DNA from: Cyanobacteria bacterium J06642_2
Lineage (GTDB): Bacteria; Cyanobacteriota; Cyanobacteriia; Thermostichales; PCC-7336
Direction of reading: 5' to 3'
NCBI GenBank assembly: GCA_039817845.1
Contig: JBCBVC010000003.1
Span: 7,067 to 71,066, forward strand
DNA: 64,000 nt
The position numbers were made by a program, and so were the translations under genes. The notes beneath the pieces are model-generated. The model worked only from the letters and a program-made list of their open reading frames with translations, had not been told where the DNA came from and did not search any database. Of the stretch, positions 36,256 through 45,427 are shown in pieces. Positions within the stretch are counted from its first letter, which is position 1. Each line of letters starts with the position of its first letter.

Positions 36256-36799
36256 GACAAACCTCAGTAACTTGGCGAGAAGGTGAAGTACGGCGTTTTG
36301 AGGCTTTGTTGCAAAGGATGCACGTAAAGGCAATGTCCTCTGGCATAAAATTCAACTCAGCTTACCGCTGTTGGACGTTCGCTGCAATGGCCCCCAAGAG
36401 ATAACACGGGCAATAAAGACAAGTAAGCACTATGATAACGTACTTAACTTGACTCAATGAGCCTCCGGTAACTACCTCTACACGTCAAAAAAGTGATGCG
36501 ACTCCTCAAAAAAATGATGCGATCGCCGTAATTGCACGGCATTATTGCCTGATTCAGACGACATATTCATACCATCTTTATATATTAAATGCAACAAAAA
36601 TGGCTCATCAGGAGCTCAACACTCATGAATTTGAATAATTCACTGCTAGAAACCGAAGTTCTCTGGGATTTTTTCGTACAGAACGAGGTAATTGTTCATA
36701 AACTCGATGACTTCAGGCGAGAAACCGATCGCCAAGTCAATTCAGCCAGAGACAGGGGCGATCCCTACTCGATGCGTTCGGCTTTCCGACTGAGCGCGC

Positions 36800-38359
36800 G
36801 TGACATGGCTTCATACACTGATGGAGAGGGTAAGTCGTAAGTTGGCAGTTTTGCCGCTCAAGTGCGCTATGAGCAGTCGGTTTTACACTTCTTTGGCCGC
36901 AGTTCTCTGGGCTGATTCGCCCGCTCCAGAATGGTTGTCTGGAGCCGGGCGATTGGCATGGCAACGTGCAGTAGCAGCACTTTATCAACTGTGGTGGGAT
37001 ACAGGTGCCGAGGGGGTCGAAATTGTTGGAGCTGAAGGCGGCTGGTTAGCTCCCGTTCGGCATCCCCGAGCACACGATCGAGAAACAGTCGAGGTCGATG
37101 CCCCTGACTTGCAATCGTCCGACAAACACAATCAGACCGCTGGCACGATTGAGATTGAGACGCTGCAGACAACTGCCTCAGCTCCACAATGGCTCTTTAC
37201 GTCCGATTTGTCCGCTCCGACTCTGGCACCGCCGGATCGCGTCGTTATTCCTTTACTATCGCGCGATCCTCTTCTCACAGAGTCATTTATTATCATCCGA
37301 ACGTCTGAGTTCGCTGCAATTGTTGCTCGGGTAGATCGACCCGATACTGAACGGCCTGGGGTTGCTTATTCTTTCGAGCCAGAACTCATTCAGCGGGTGT
37401 GGCAGGGGTTGCTGGTGCGCCTGCAGCAGGTTCGCCCCGACTGTGTTGAACGATGGCACGACCTCGATCGCCGTTTCCCTTTAGTAGAACCGTCATATCG
37501 CCTACTCTCTCGATTTAGCAGTTGGGTGATGATGGCGGCTCAGTCTGCCTGGGCGCGGCAAGAAGGCGCAGCTGCAACTCCGCCGCAGACCTTGTTGCCC
37601 GCTTCAGCTTCTTCCGAGCGGCGATCGCCAAAAGTGGTCATCACTGCGCCTGAAGACACTACCGATACGTTGTCCGAAACAGATTTACTGAAAGCCATTG
37701 CTCACGAAGTGCGCACGCCGTTGGCAACCATTCAAACCTTAACGCGACTGATTTTGCGTCGTTCCGATATTCCTGCACCCGTGCGGCGATATCTAGAAGG
37801 TATCGAGCGAGAATGTAAAGAGCAAAGCGAGCGCTTTGGCTTATTTTTCCGAGCCACAGAGTTCAGTCCCGATCGCGTTCACCTGCAAACCACATCACTG
37901 ACCGAACTGTTGGAGCAGAAGTTGCCACTTTGGAAGCAACAGGTAGAACGACGTGGGTCTACGCTGGAGCTGAAGGCACCGGCGGACGTACCGACTGTCG
38001 TGAGCGATCCGGCCACCCTGGATGCAGTATTGTCAGGCGTGATCGATCGCGTCGCTCGCGGTGTGCCGGCCGGCAGCCACGTTAAGGCTGAGGTCGTCAC
38101 GGCTGGAGAGCAGGTGAAACTGCAGTTCCGCATTATCAACCCTGAAGGCAAATCATCACACCTCTGCGGAGACGCGTCACCTACCCAATCATTGGGCCAA
38201 CTTTTGGCCTTTCAGCCAGATACTGGAGCGCTGAGTTTAAGTATTCCGATGACGCAAACGCTATTTCGGGCTCTAGGAGGTTACTTCACTGTTCGCCAGC
38301 AAGCCCAACGCGGTGAGACGCTGACTATCTTTTTACCGCGTCAACCGCACACGTCTTAG
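36800..38359 (+). CDS. Histidine kinase-like protein with intact H-box but degenerate ATP-binding domain
   Basis: 519 aa. The H-box is LLKAIAHEVRTPLATI. The positions of the N, G1 and G2 boxes read VIDRVARGVP, INPEGK and TGALSLSI. The start is uncertain, with the ATG at 36869 as an alternative. Confidence 0.7.
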   Translation: MTWLHTLMERVSRKLAVLPLKCAMSSRFYTSLAAVLWADSPAPEWLSGAGRLAWQRAVAALYQLWWDTGAEGVEIVGAEGGWLAPVRHPRAHDRETVEVDAPDLQSSDKHNQTAGTIEIETLQTTASAPQWLFTSDLSAPTLAPPDRVVIPLLSRDPLLTESFIIIRTSEFAAIVARVDRPDTERPGVAYSFEPELIQRVWQGLLVRLQQVRPDCVERWHDLDRRFPLVEPSYRLLSRFSSWVMMAAQSAWARQEGAAATPPQTLLPASASSERRSPKVVITAPEDTTDTLSETDLLKAIAHEVRTPLATIQTLTRLILRRSDIPAPVRRYLEGIERECKEQSERFGLFFRATEFSPDRVHLQTTSLTELLEQKLPLWKQQVERRGSTLELKAPADVPTVVSDPATLDAVLSGVIDRVARGVPAGSHVKAEVVTAGEQVKLQFRIINPEGKSSHLCGDASPTQSLGQLLAFQPDTGALSLSIPMTQTLFRALGGYFTVRQQAQRGETLTIFLPRQPHTS

Positions 38360-38381
38360 CTACATATCGCTACCAGCTACT

Positions 38382-39122
38382 ATGCCCGAATCGCGTTCCA
38401 CTACCGAGCAGCCAAGTGTCGAGCCAACCGATCCGCTCGACACGCTGCTCCACCAACTTCGCAATCCCCTAACGGCGATGACAACCCTAGCTAAGCTGTG
38501 GCAAAAGCGAACTGAGCCAGACGATCCTAATGCCTGGATTGCCGATCGCATTGAGCAAGAATGCCAACACGTGCGTGTATTGCTGGAACAGTTCGAGCGC
38601 CAGACTCTAGGTAGCGATCTTCAGGCTAGTCTCCCAGTTGAGGTGAACCTGTACGAGTTCATTCAACAGCTCTGGCCGACCTATGCTGCGCTTGCCAGCC
38701 AGCGTCACATCAACCTGAAGCAGCATTTACCTGCAAATATCCCCACCTTGCAACTCGATCCGGCCAAGTTGCGAGAAGTATTGGACAACTTGCTCGACAA
38801 CGCGCTGAAATACACTCCAACTGGTGGCGCGATTGCGGTCACTTTAGCAGCAGAAACAGAAGCAGTGGAGATTGCCATTAGCGATTCCGGTCCCGGTATT
38901 GCGGCGATGGATTTACCACTTATTTTCGAGCCGCACTATCGCGGTGATATGGGCGAGCGTGGTCCAGCAGGTAGCGGTTTGGGCCTGGCGATCGCCAGAG
39001 AATTGACAACTCAGATGGGTGGTAGCATCGAAGTGAGCAGCCAGCCGGGACGAGGCACGACCTTTACCGTACGGCTCCCGGTCCCTAAATCTTTGCATCA
39101 TGAGTCACGTCCTATTAGTTGA
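38382..39122 (+). CDS. Small soluble sensor histidine kinase (DHp + canonical HATPase only)
   Basis: 246 aa. The boxes are H-box LLHQLRNPLTAM, N box LLDNALKYTP, G1 SDSGPGI and G2 GSGLGLAIA. Confidence 0.85.
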   Translation: MPESRSTTEQPSVEPTDPLDTLLHQLRNPLTAMTTLAKLWQKRTEPDDPNAWIADRIEQECQHVRVLLEQFERQTLGSDLQASLPVEVNLYEFIQQLWPTYAALASQRHINLKQHLPANIPTLQLDPAKLREVLDNLLDNALKYTPTGGAIAVTLAAETEAVEIAISDSGPGIAAMDLPLIFEPHYRGDMGERGPAGSGLGLAIARELTTQMGGSIEVSSQPGRGTTFTVRLPVPKSLHHESRPIS

Positions 39123-39801
39123 TGACGAACCCGGTTTGAGAGAGGCCGTACAGGCTTATCTCGAAGACAGCGGGTTGACGGTGTCGGCGGCGGCAAATGT
39201 ACCGTCAGCCATGCAGCATCTGCAGAGACAAAAGCCCGATTTAATCGTCTCCGATATCATGATGCCGCAGGTGGACGGCTATCAGTTTTTGGAGCAGGTC
39301 CGTCAAGAAGATGCCTATCGTCACATTCCGTTCGTGTTCTTGACGGCCAAAGGCATGACGGGCGATCGCATCCAGGGCTACGATGCTGGCGTAGATGCCT
39401 ATTTGCCCAAGCCGTTCGACCCAGACGAGCTGGTGGCGATCGTCAAAAACTTGCTCAATCGAGCGACCAACGCTCCCGATACAGCCACCGTCGCCCGCGA
39501 GCTCGCTGAAATTAAAGCCTTGCTACAAGAACGTGCCGAAGCCCCCGCTACGAACTCAGCTGCGACCGCTCCATCCTTCACCCCCGAACCGCCTCCCATT
39601 CGCGTACAGCTAACTCCGCGCGAGAAAGAAGTGCTGGAGTTGGTATCCGAAGGATTGATGAATAAAGAAATTGCCAAACAGCTTGAAACCAGCATTCGCA
39701 ATATCGAAAAATACGTCACCCGCTTGCTGAATAAGACGGGAACGAGCAGCCGCACTGAACTGGTTCGTTTTGCCATCACTTATGGTTTAGTTCAGTTATA
39801 G
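39100..39801 (+). CDS. NarL/LuxR-type response regulator (Ycf29/Rre1-like)
   Basis: 233 aa. The receiver is LLVDDEP...DLIVSDIMMPQVDGY...LTAKG, and the C-terminal HTH is LTPREKEVLELVSEGLMNKEIAKQL. The start overlaps the upstream kinase by 23 nt. Confidence 0.9.
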   Translation: MSHVLLVDDEPGLREAVQAYLEDSGLTVSAAANVPSAMQHLQRQKPDLIVSDIMMPQVDGYQFLEQVRQEDAYRHIPFVFLTAKGMTGDRIQGYDAGVDAYLPKPFDPDELVAIVKNLLNRATNAPDTATVARELAEIKALLQERAEAPATNSAATAPSFTPEPPPIRVQLTPREKEVLELVSEGLMNKEIAKQLETSIRNIEKYVTRLLNKTGTSSRTELVRFAITYGLVQL

Positions 39802-39886
39802 GAGTGTTTTCTCTCACCACTCCAAAATTAAATGCGTGGGAAATGATTCCATTTCTCATAACACCAATTAAGTTGAGGATGAGAAT

Positions 39887-40234
39887 TTGAATTCTATTAC
39901 AGTCATACATCCCTATAAGTACGAGAACATGTGGGTCTTTGATGATGAAAAAGTGGGTTTATTGCAAGAACCCTTTGTGGCGGGAGCAGATACAATCATC
40001 GATTCAATGGTACGAAACATACCGAATGCCCAGTCAGGATTTAGTCTATTATTTTCTACCAATCCATTTCCTGGTTATCAATTTAAATTTAATTGGCGTA
40101 GAGAGGAATACGGCGGCAACTGGTATTACATCGCTTCGATTGACCGAGAAGGATGGCTTTGTCCTGCATTGCTAAAGTATTTCGATCGAGCTCCGCCAGA
40201 ACTTTATGTTCAGTGTAAAGCTTGCTCTAGATAA
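39887..40234 (+). CDS. Small conserved hypothetical protein in an AT-rich patch
   Basis: 115 aa with a TTG start after GAGGATGAG. HPYKYENMWVFDD...PFVAGADTIID...GGNWYY...EGWLCPALLKYF looks like a widespread small family (possibly DUF6717, unverified). Confidence 0.5.
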   Translation: MNSITVIHPYKYENMWVFDDEKVGLLQEPFVAGADTIIDSMVRNIPNAQSGFSLLFSTNPFPGYQFKFNWRREEYGGNWYYIASIDREGWLCPALLKYFDRAPPELYVQCKACSR

Positions 40235-40336
40235 AACAATCGTGCCTATCGACATCCAGCCAAACAGATAGAGCGACGATCGGTTGTCAGATGGCATAAG
40301 ACTATTGAAAGCTGACCCCAAACAATCGCTACCCTA

Positions 40337-41743
40337 CTAAACCGCTTCACCACCGATCGCTACGTCTCGTATTCTCAAGCTCGGCCCACCACACCCTACG
40401 GGCAGACCGCTTTGGCCACCTTTGCCGCACCCACCGGATTCGTCCCACGCAAAGTCATCTCCGATCGCTTCGATATTGGCTAACGTTTGGAATACATTGC
40501 CCGAGAGCGTGACATCGCGCACGGGTTCGGCCAATTCTCCGTTGCGAATGAGGCGGGCTTCCCCCGCCGTAAAGGTAAACATTTCGCCGTTAGTCATGCC
40601 GCCCAGCCAGTTGCTGGCATAGATGCCTTCATCAATCCCGCGAATCAAGTCGGCCACGGGAGTCGTACCGCGTTCGATCCAAGTATTCGTCATGCGGACG
40701 ATGGGAGTGTAGTGATAGCTGAGACAGCGGGCATTTCCAGTCGGCGCTTCTCCCAACACGCCAGCAGTCTCGCGGGAATGCAATCGCCCCACGAGACAAC
40801 CATTGTGGATGAGCTGCGTAGATGTTGCGGGCGTACCTTCGTCATCAAAGGCGTAGCTGCCGCGATGCCCTACAGGTGATGCCCCATCCCAAATCTGCAA
40901 AAACTCTGGCCCAAACTGACGTCCCATGCTCATCGATTCCAGTAAGTCAGGATTTTCGTAGGCCATGTCAGCTTCAGACAGATGACCGAAAGCTTCGTGC
41001 ACGAACAGTCCGGTCAAAATCGGATCGATAACTGCGACGTACGAGCCGCCTTTAACTACAGGCATGGAAAGTGCCGCGATCGCTCGTATCCCCGCACCTC
41101 TAATATGCTCTTCCAGTCCTTCTAAGTCTTCAAACCCTTGCCGCGAACCGCTGGTCTCGCGGCCCGTTTGTACTAAGTCAGCGCGTCGAGCTGTAGCAAA
41201 CGCTCGTAGTTCCGTATCAGCCCAAGACTGTGCGATCGCCGTTCCGTCAGACGTGGCCATCCACACCTGTTGCACGACATCGCCATAACGTACGCCACTA
41301 GAGACAATCTCATCCCCCGCCGAGCGCAGTGCTTCGACGTAGGTTTCACACAATCGCTTTTTTCGCGCCAAAGGAACCTGACGCGGATCGGTATCAGAAA
41401 GGGTCAAAGGTACAATCGCTCGCTGTGCCTCGACCGGAGCCAAACAGGTGCGATCGCAGCCCACCCAACGCGCCGCAGAAATCGCGTCTTCCACCCGCGC
41501 CTCTAAGTCCTCAAGAGTATTGAAGCTGGCAAATCCCCAACCTCCGTCGTGACAGGCCCGCACGTGACCGCCTGTCGACAGCGTTTCGCTCAAGGTTTCA
41601 ACCTGGCGATCGCGCAGGAAAATGTCGGTTCCTTCGGAAGTCTCCAGCCGAATCGAGAGAAAGTCCACGCGATCGCGAAATCGTGCAATCAGCGATTCGA
41701 GATGGTCCAGAGGATCAGAGAGCATTATGGAAGGAGCATTCAT
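40337..41743 (-). CDS. tldD: TldD family metalloprotease
   Basis: 468 aa. The metal site is VHEAFGHLSEAD, and the C-terminus is the Gly-rich GGCGKGGQSGLPVGCGGP. Confidence 0.85.
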   Translation of the reverse strand: MNAPSIMLSDPLDHLESLIARFRDRVDFLSIRLETSEGTDIFLRDRQVETLSETLSTGGHVRACHDGGWGFASFNTLEDLEARVEDAISAARWVGCDRTCLAPVEAQRAIVPLTLSDTDPRQVPLARKKRLCETYVEALRSAGDEIVSSGVRYGDVVQQVWMATSDGTAIAQSWADTELRAFATARRADLVQTGRETSGSRQGFEDLEGLEEHIRGAGIRAIAALSMPVVKGGSYVAVIDPILTGLFVHEAFGHLSEADMAYENPDLLESMSMGRQFGPEFLQIWDGASPVGHRGSYAFDDEGTPATSTQLIHNGCLVGRLHSRETAGVLGEAPTGNARCLSYHYTPIVRMTNTWIERGTTPVADLIRGIDEGIYASNWLGGMTNGEMFTFTAGEARLIRNGELAEPVRDVTLSGNVFQTLANIEAIGDDFAWDESGGCGKGGQSGLPVGCGGPSLRIRDVAIGGEAV

Positions 41744-41758
41744 GAATCGAGTCTGCGG

Positions 41759-42991
41759 TTAGGTAGTGTACTCGGCATTGATGCGAACGTAGTCGTAGCT
41801 GAGATCGCAGCCCCAAGCAAGGCCGCTGGCTGTGCCTCGATGCAGATCGACCGAGATCGTCAGCGTGTCGTGCTCTTTCATGTAGAGCGCCGCCGTCGCG
41901 CGATCGAAGTCGAGGGGGGTTCCCGCTTGCATGAGCACAAAATCTCCGAGCGCAATGTCGAGCTTGGTTTGGTCGAAAACAACCCCGGCTTTGCCCACGG
42001 CCATAGCAATCCGGCCCCAGTTTGGATCGCAGCCGTAAGCAGCTGTTTTCACCAAAGGCGAACAGGCTACAACCCGAGCAATGTGGCGAGCGTCGGTGGG
42101 TGTCGCAGCTCCGGCGACGCGGATTTCTAGAAGCTTGGTAGCCCCTTCGCCATCTTGCGCAATGGCTTTAGCTAAGTGAATGCACACTTCATCGAGTGCG
42201 GCCTGCAACTGCTCTGCCTGCGGGGTGTTAGCGGCGATTTCCGGTGCAGATGATCGCCCGTTTGCTAAAGCAAGCAGCATGTCGTTGGTACTGGTGTCGC
42301 CATCCACCGTAATTTGATTGAAACTAACATTGGCAGCGCGGCGCGTCATGGTTTGCCACAGGTTAGAAGCTATACGCGCGTCGCAGGTGACAAACGCTAG
42401 CATCGTTGCCATGTTGGGATGAATCATACCCGAGCCTTTAGCAATGCCGCCGAGGCGAATGGGATGGCCGTCAATGTCTGTCTCGATCGCAATGCTTTTG
42501 GGGGCTAAATCGGTGGTGAGAATAGCTTTTGAGGCCAAGTCAGCCCCTTGTTCGCGGTCGAGCGATCGGGCGAGTTCGACGAGATCGGGCATGGCGCTGG
42601 CGAATTTATCGACCTCAAAACGCTGACCGATGACTCCAGTCGAAGCCGTGAGAATGAGATCGGCATCAATCCCGAGGGCACTGGCAGTCAGGTCGGCAAC
42701 AGCTTGGTTGTCGCGATCGCCATCAGCTCCCGTACAGGCGTTGGCTTGTCCGGCATTGCACAAGATGGCACGGGCGCGAGGATTGGCAGCCAGTTGAGCT
42801 TGCCCGTAAGTAACGCAAGCCGCGCGGACTTGATTAGTAGTGAATACTCCTGCGGCGATCGCCTCATCGTCAGACACGATCAGCGCTAGATCCAAATCGC
42901 CAGAAGGTTTTAATCCAGCGGCAACCCCAGCTGCTCGAAATCCCAACGGAGCCGCAATGCTTCCGGGAATGACGTGCCAATTCTCACTCAC
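41759..42991 (-). CDS. argJ: Bifunctional glutamate N-acetyltransferase / amino-acid acetyltransferase
   Basis: 410 aa. GSGMIHPNMATMLAFVTCD contains the autoprocessing Thr. Confidence 0.9.
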   Translation of the reverse strand: MSENWHVIPGSIAAPLGFRAAGVAAGLKPSGDLDLALIVSDDEAIAAGVFTTNQVRAACVTYGQAQLAANPRARAILCNAGQANACTGADGDRDNQAVADLTASALGIDADLILTASTGVIGQRFEVDKFASAMPDLVELARSLDREQGADLASKAILTTDLAPKSIAIETDIDGHPIRLGGIAKGSGMIHPNMATMLAFVTCDARIASNLWQTMTRRAANVSFNQITVDGDTSTNDMLLALANGRSSAPEIAANTPQAEQLQAALDEVCIHLAKAIAQDGEGATKLLEIRVAGAATPTDARHIARVVACSPLVKTAAYGCDPNWGRIAMAVGKAGVVFDQTKLDIALGDFVLMQAGTPLDFDRATAALYMKEHDTLTISVDLHRGTASGLAWGCDLSYDYVRINAEYTT

Positions 42992-43178
42992 GGCTGTCTC
43001 TCAACGCGCTCCTCATACTGTAATCGCTCGTTTCGTCGAAACAATAGACGGTAAAACCTTTCCACAGTTATATCTACGGAACTAAGTTTTTCAACGAGGC
43101 TATCGCGATCTCGGACAATTGCGGACGATACTGACATCATCATCGAATGCAGCACCGCTGGCGAGGAGTGCACCAGCT

Positions 43179-45290
43179 ATGAACGAACGAGGGGTAGCTC
43201 TCAAGCACTACAGACTGGCAATTTGTCTGGGAGGCATCGCATGGATTGCAGCCTGCGGAACGAATTCGAACTCGCCGGTAACCCTCGCCCCCTCATCAGC
43301 CACTCCAACCATCACTCAAAGCACGACAACTCGGCTCGTATTTCAGGAAGGAGACGAAGGCGCAACCGTCACTGACGTGGCTCTAGCGGCGGCAGTGCAA
43401 AATTTACCGGTTGAGGCTCGCGATCGCGACACGCTGGCAGCGGCTGCGACTCAACTTTTACGAAGCAGTACCAATATCGATCCGACTACTCTAACCCCAG
43501 TCCCCACGGCTACTAGCATTAATTTTGCTACTCCTGCCGACATGCTCGACACTACCGATCTCGCCGTTTTGCTGGCGGGCAGTCTGGTGGCAGAAGAGGA
43601 GGCAGAGGCGATCGCTGCTGCTGCTACGCAAATCTTAGGTGAAACCGAAACTGTTCGAGCTGAAGATCTCCTAGGTATTCCCGGCCAGACTTTCCCTGAC
43701 AATCGTGGCGATATTGGAGGCGGAGCCTTATTGGTTCGAGACGACGCTGGAGTTAACCGGGCCAGTAACGCCGCTGACATTATCGACGAGTTACCCAGCA
43801 GCACTCCTGCCGGAGGTAATGTTTTCTTCCCGCCCGGAACTGAAATCCTCTTTCCCACAGCCCCCGATCCGGCGCAAGCCCTACGTGTTAGCTACGAGCC
43901 CCCTCTAACAGCGGCGAGAAATGATACTTCATCCATCACCTCTGGAGAAACATGTACGCAGGGTATATGTCTGACCCCGGATTTTAGCGACTCAATACTG
44001 TTCACCGCTGGAGATTTGGGATGCTCGCGGGATGGGACGTGCATGGTGCCAGATCTGACTTTCGTCGTTCCACAAAGCTTTGTCGCAGAAGAAGACAATT
44101 ATCGCGTTACCTATCGATTCACTGCACAAAATGGCAACGAAACTGTTATCGAGCGCGCGCTGAGCATTACTTCTAAAGAATCTCTAGACCTGGCATCGAG
44201 TCTTGGAGCCGCTGTGCAGAGGATGTTCATCTTTGGTCCCGGTGAATCGCTAACCACCGCTACTATTTCTGGAACACTCGGTCTCGACCTGTCTGACTCA
44301 AGTCTTACTTCGGTGCGAGGTATATCTGCTTTTACAGCCTTGCAAGAATGGATTGCAAACGATAATTCTATTTCAGATTTGAGTCCATTTGCTGAATTTG
44401 GTTCCAATCCTCCGCTGCAGTCTTTCATCATGGGAAATAATGAACTGAGCGATCTAACGCCACTCGCAAATTTCACTAATCTCACTAATGTTTTTCTATC
44501 GGGCAACAATATTTCAGATATTTCGCCACTAGCAGGATTGAGCAAAATTGGTACGTTGTTCCTCGATCGCAATCTAATTCAGGACCTCTCGCCAATTGCG
44601 AACCTTACTCAAATCACCGAATTGCAAGCTCGCGAGATAAGAAGCAGTGGGTCTGCATTGGATGTCAGCCCTGTTGCTAGCCTATTCAACATAGATCGAC
44701 TGGACCTGAGTGCTAACAACATTAACGATCTCACTCCGTTAAGCAACTTAAGCCAATTACGAATTCTTGCTTTAGGCAATAATCAGATCGGCAACCTCTC
44801 TGCTATTGCAAATCTTACAAATCTTGAGGCTCTCGGCTTACCCAATAATCAAATCGAAGATATCGAACCTCTTGCAAATTTAACTAATTTGTTTAGTCTA
44901 GTGATTTTTGACAATCAAATACGCGATATCCAGCCGTTAAGTGGACTAATTAATTTGCAAGATCTGCAAATTGCAAACAGTCAAATTGAGGATTTTAGGC
45001 CGCTTGCCAATTTAACCAATTTGACTCAACTCGCTGTTGAAGGAACAGGCATTAGCGATCTGACCCCCTTGATCCCGCTCGAGAATATCAGCGTGCTCGA
45101 TCTGGCCTTCAATAATATTGAATCGATCGCACCTCTACTCAACAATCCCGGCCTCGGTTCGGGAGATTGCGTTGATTTGAATGAAAACCCTCTTGACGAC
45201 GAATCCATTAATGTGTCGATACCAGAATTGCGATCGCGAGGGGTTCAGGTGGCCTTTTCTCAGAATGACAGACCCTGCGAGCTGCGGTAA
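43179..45290 (+). CDS. Leucine-rich-repeat lipoprotein (paralog 1)
   Basis: Track ORF 43119..45290. The ATG at 43179 gives a signal peptide with the lipobox IAAC. About 13 LRRs of 22 aa (LxxLxLxxNxIxDIxPL) are followed by the cap motif LLNNPGLGSGDCVDLNENPLD...IPELRSRG. Confidence 0.8.
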   Translation: MNERGVALKHYRLAICLGGIAWIAACGTNSNSPVTLAPSSATPTITQSTTTRLVFQEGDEGATVTDVALAAAVQNLPVEARDRDTLAAAATQLLRSSTNIDPTTLTPVPTATSINFATPADMLDTTDLAVLLAGSLVAEEEAEAIAAAATQILGETETVRAEDLLGIPGQTFPDNRGDIGGGALLVRDDAGVNRASNAADIIDELPSSTPAGGNVFFPPGTEILFPTAPDPAQALRVSYEPPLTAARNDTSSITSGETCTQGICLTPDFSDSILFTAGDLGCSRDGTCMVPDLTFVVPQSFVAEEDNYRVTYRFTAQNGNETVIERALSITSKESLDLASSLGAAVQRMFIFGPGESLTTATISGTLGLDLSDSSLTSVRGISAFTALQEWIANDNSISDLSPFAEFGSNPPLQSFIMGNNELSDLTPLANFTNLTNVFLSGNNISDISPLAGLSKIGTLFLDRNLIQDLSPIANLTQITELQAREIRSSGSALDVSPVASLFNIDRLDLSANNINDLTPLSNLSQLRILALGNNQIGNLSAIANLTNLEALGLPNNQIEDIEPLANLTNLFSLVIFDNQIRDIQPLSGLINLQDLQIANSQIEDFRPLANLTNLTQLAVEGTGISDLTPLIPLENISVLDLAFNNIESIAPLLNNPGLGSGDCVDLNENPLDDESINVSIPELRSRGVQVAFSQNDRPCELR

Positions 45291-45427
45291 TCAGATAAAT
45301 ACAGAGAACCCGTACATTTATTTGTGCCGATGCATCTTCCCAGAACTCTGGTCGGAGACTCGGGTGCGAAATGGGCAGGTTGTATGTTTTGCTACGGTAG
45401 TGGACCTGCTTGGCAGGGAGGTGTGGG

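Noticed and set aside
36589-36840. 83-aa plus-strand ORF upstream of the first histidine kinase
   Set aside because: It may be real if the kinase starts at 36869. However, I recognise no motif and its 3' end overlaps the longer kinase ORF, so it is not supportable from sequence alone.
41549-42130. 193-aa plus-strand ORF
   Set aside because: It is antisense to the tldD 5' end and the argJ 3' end, both of which carry strong family motifs.
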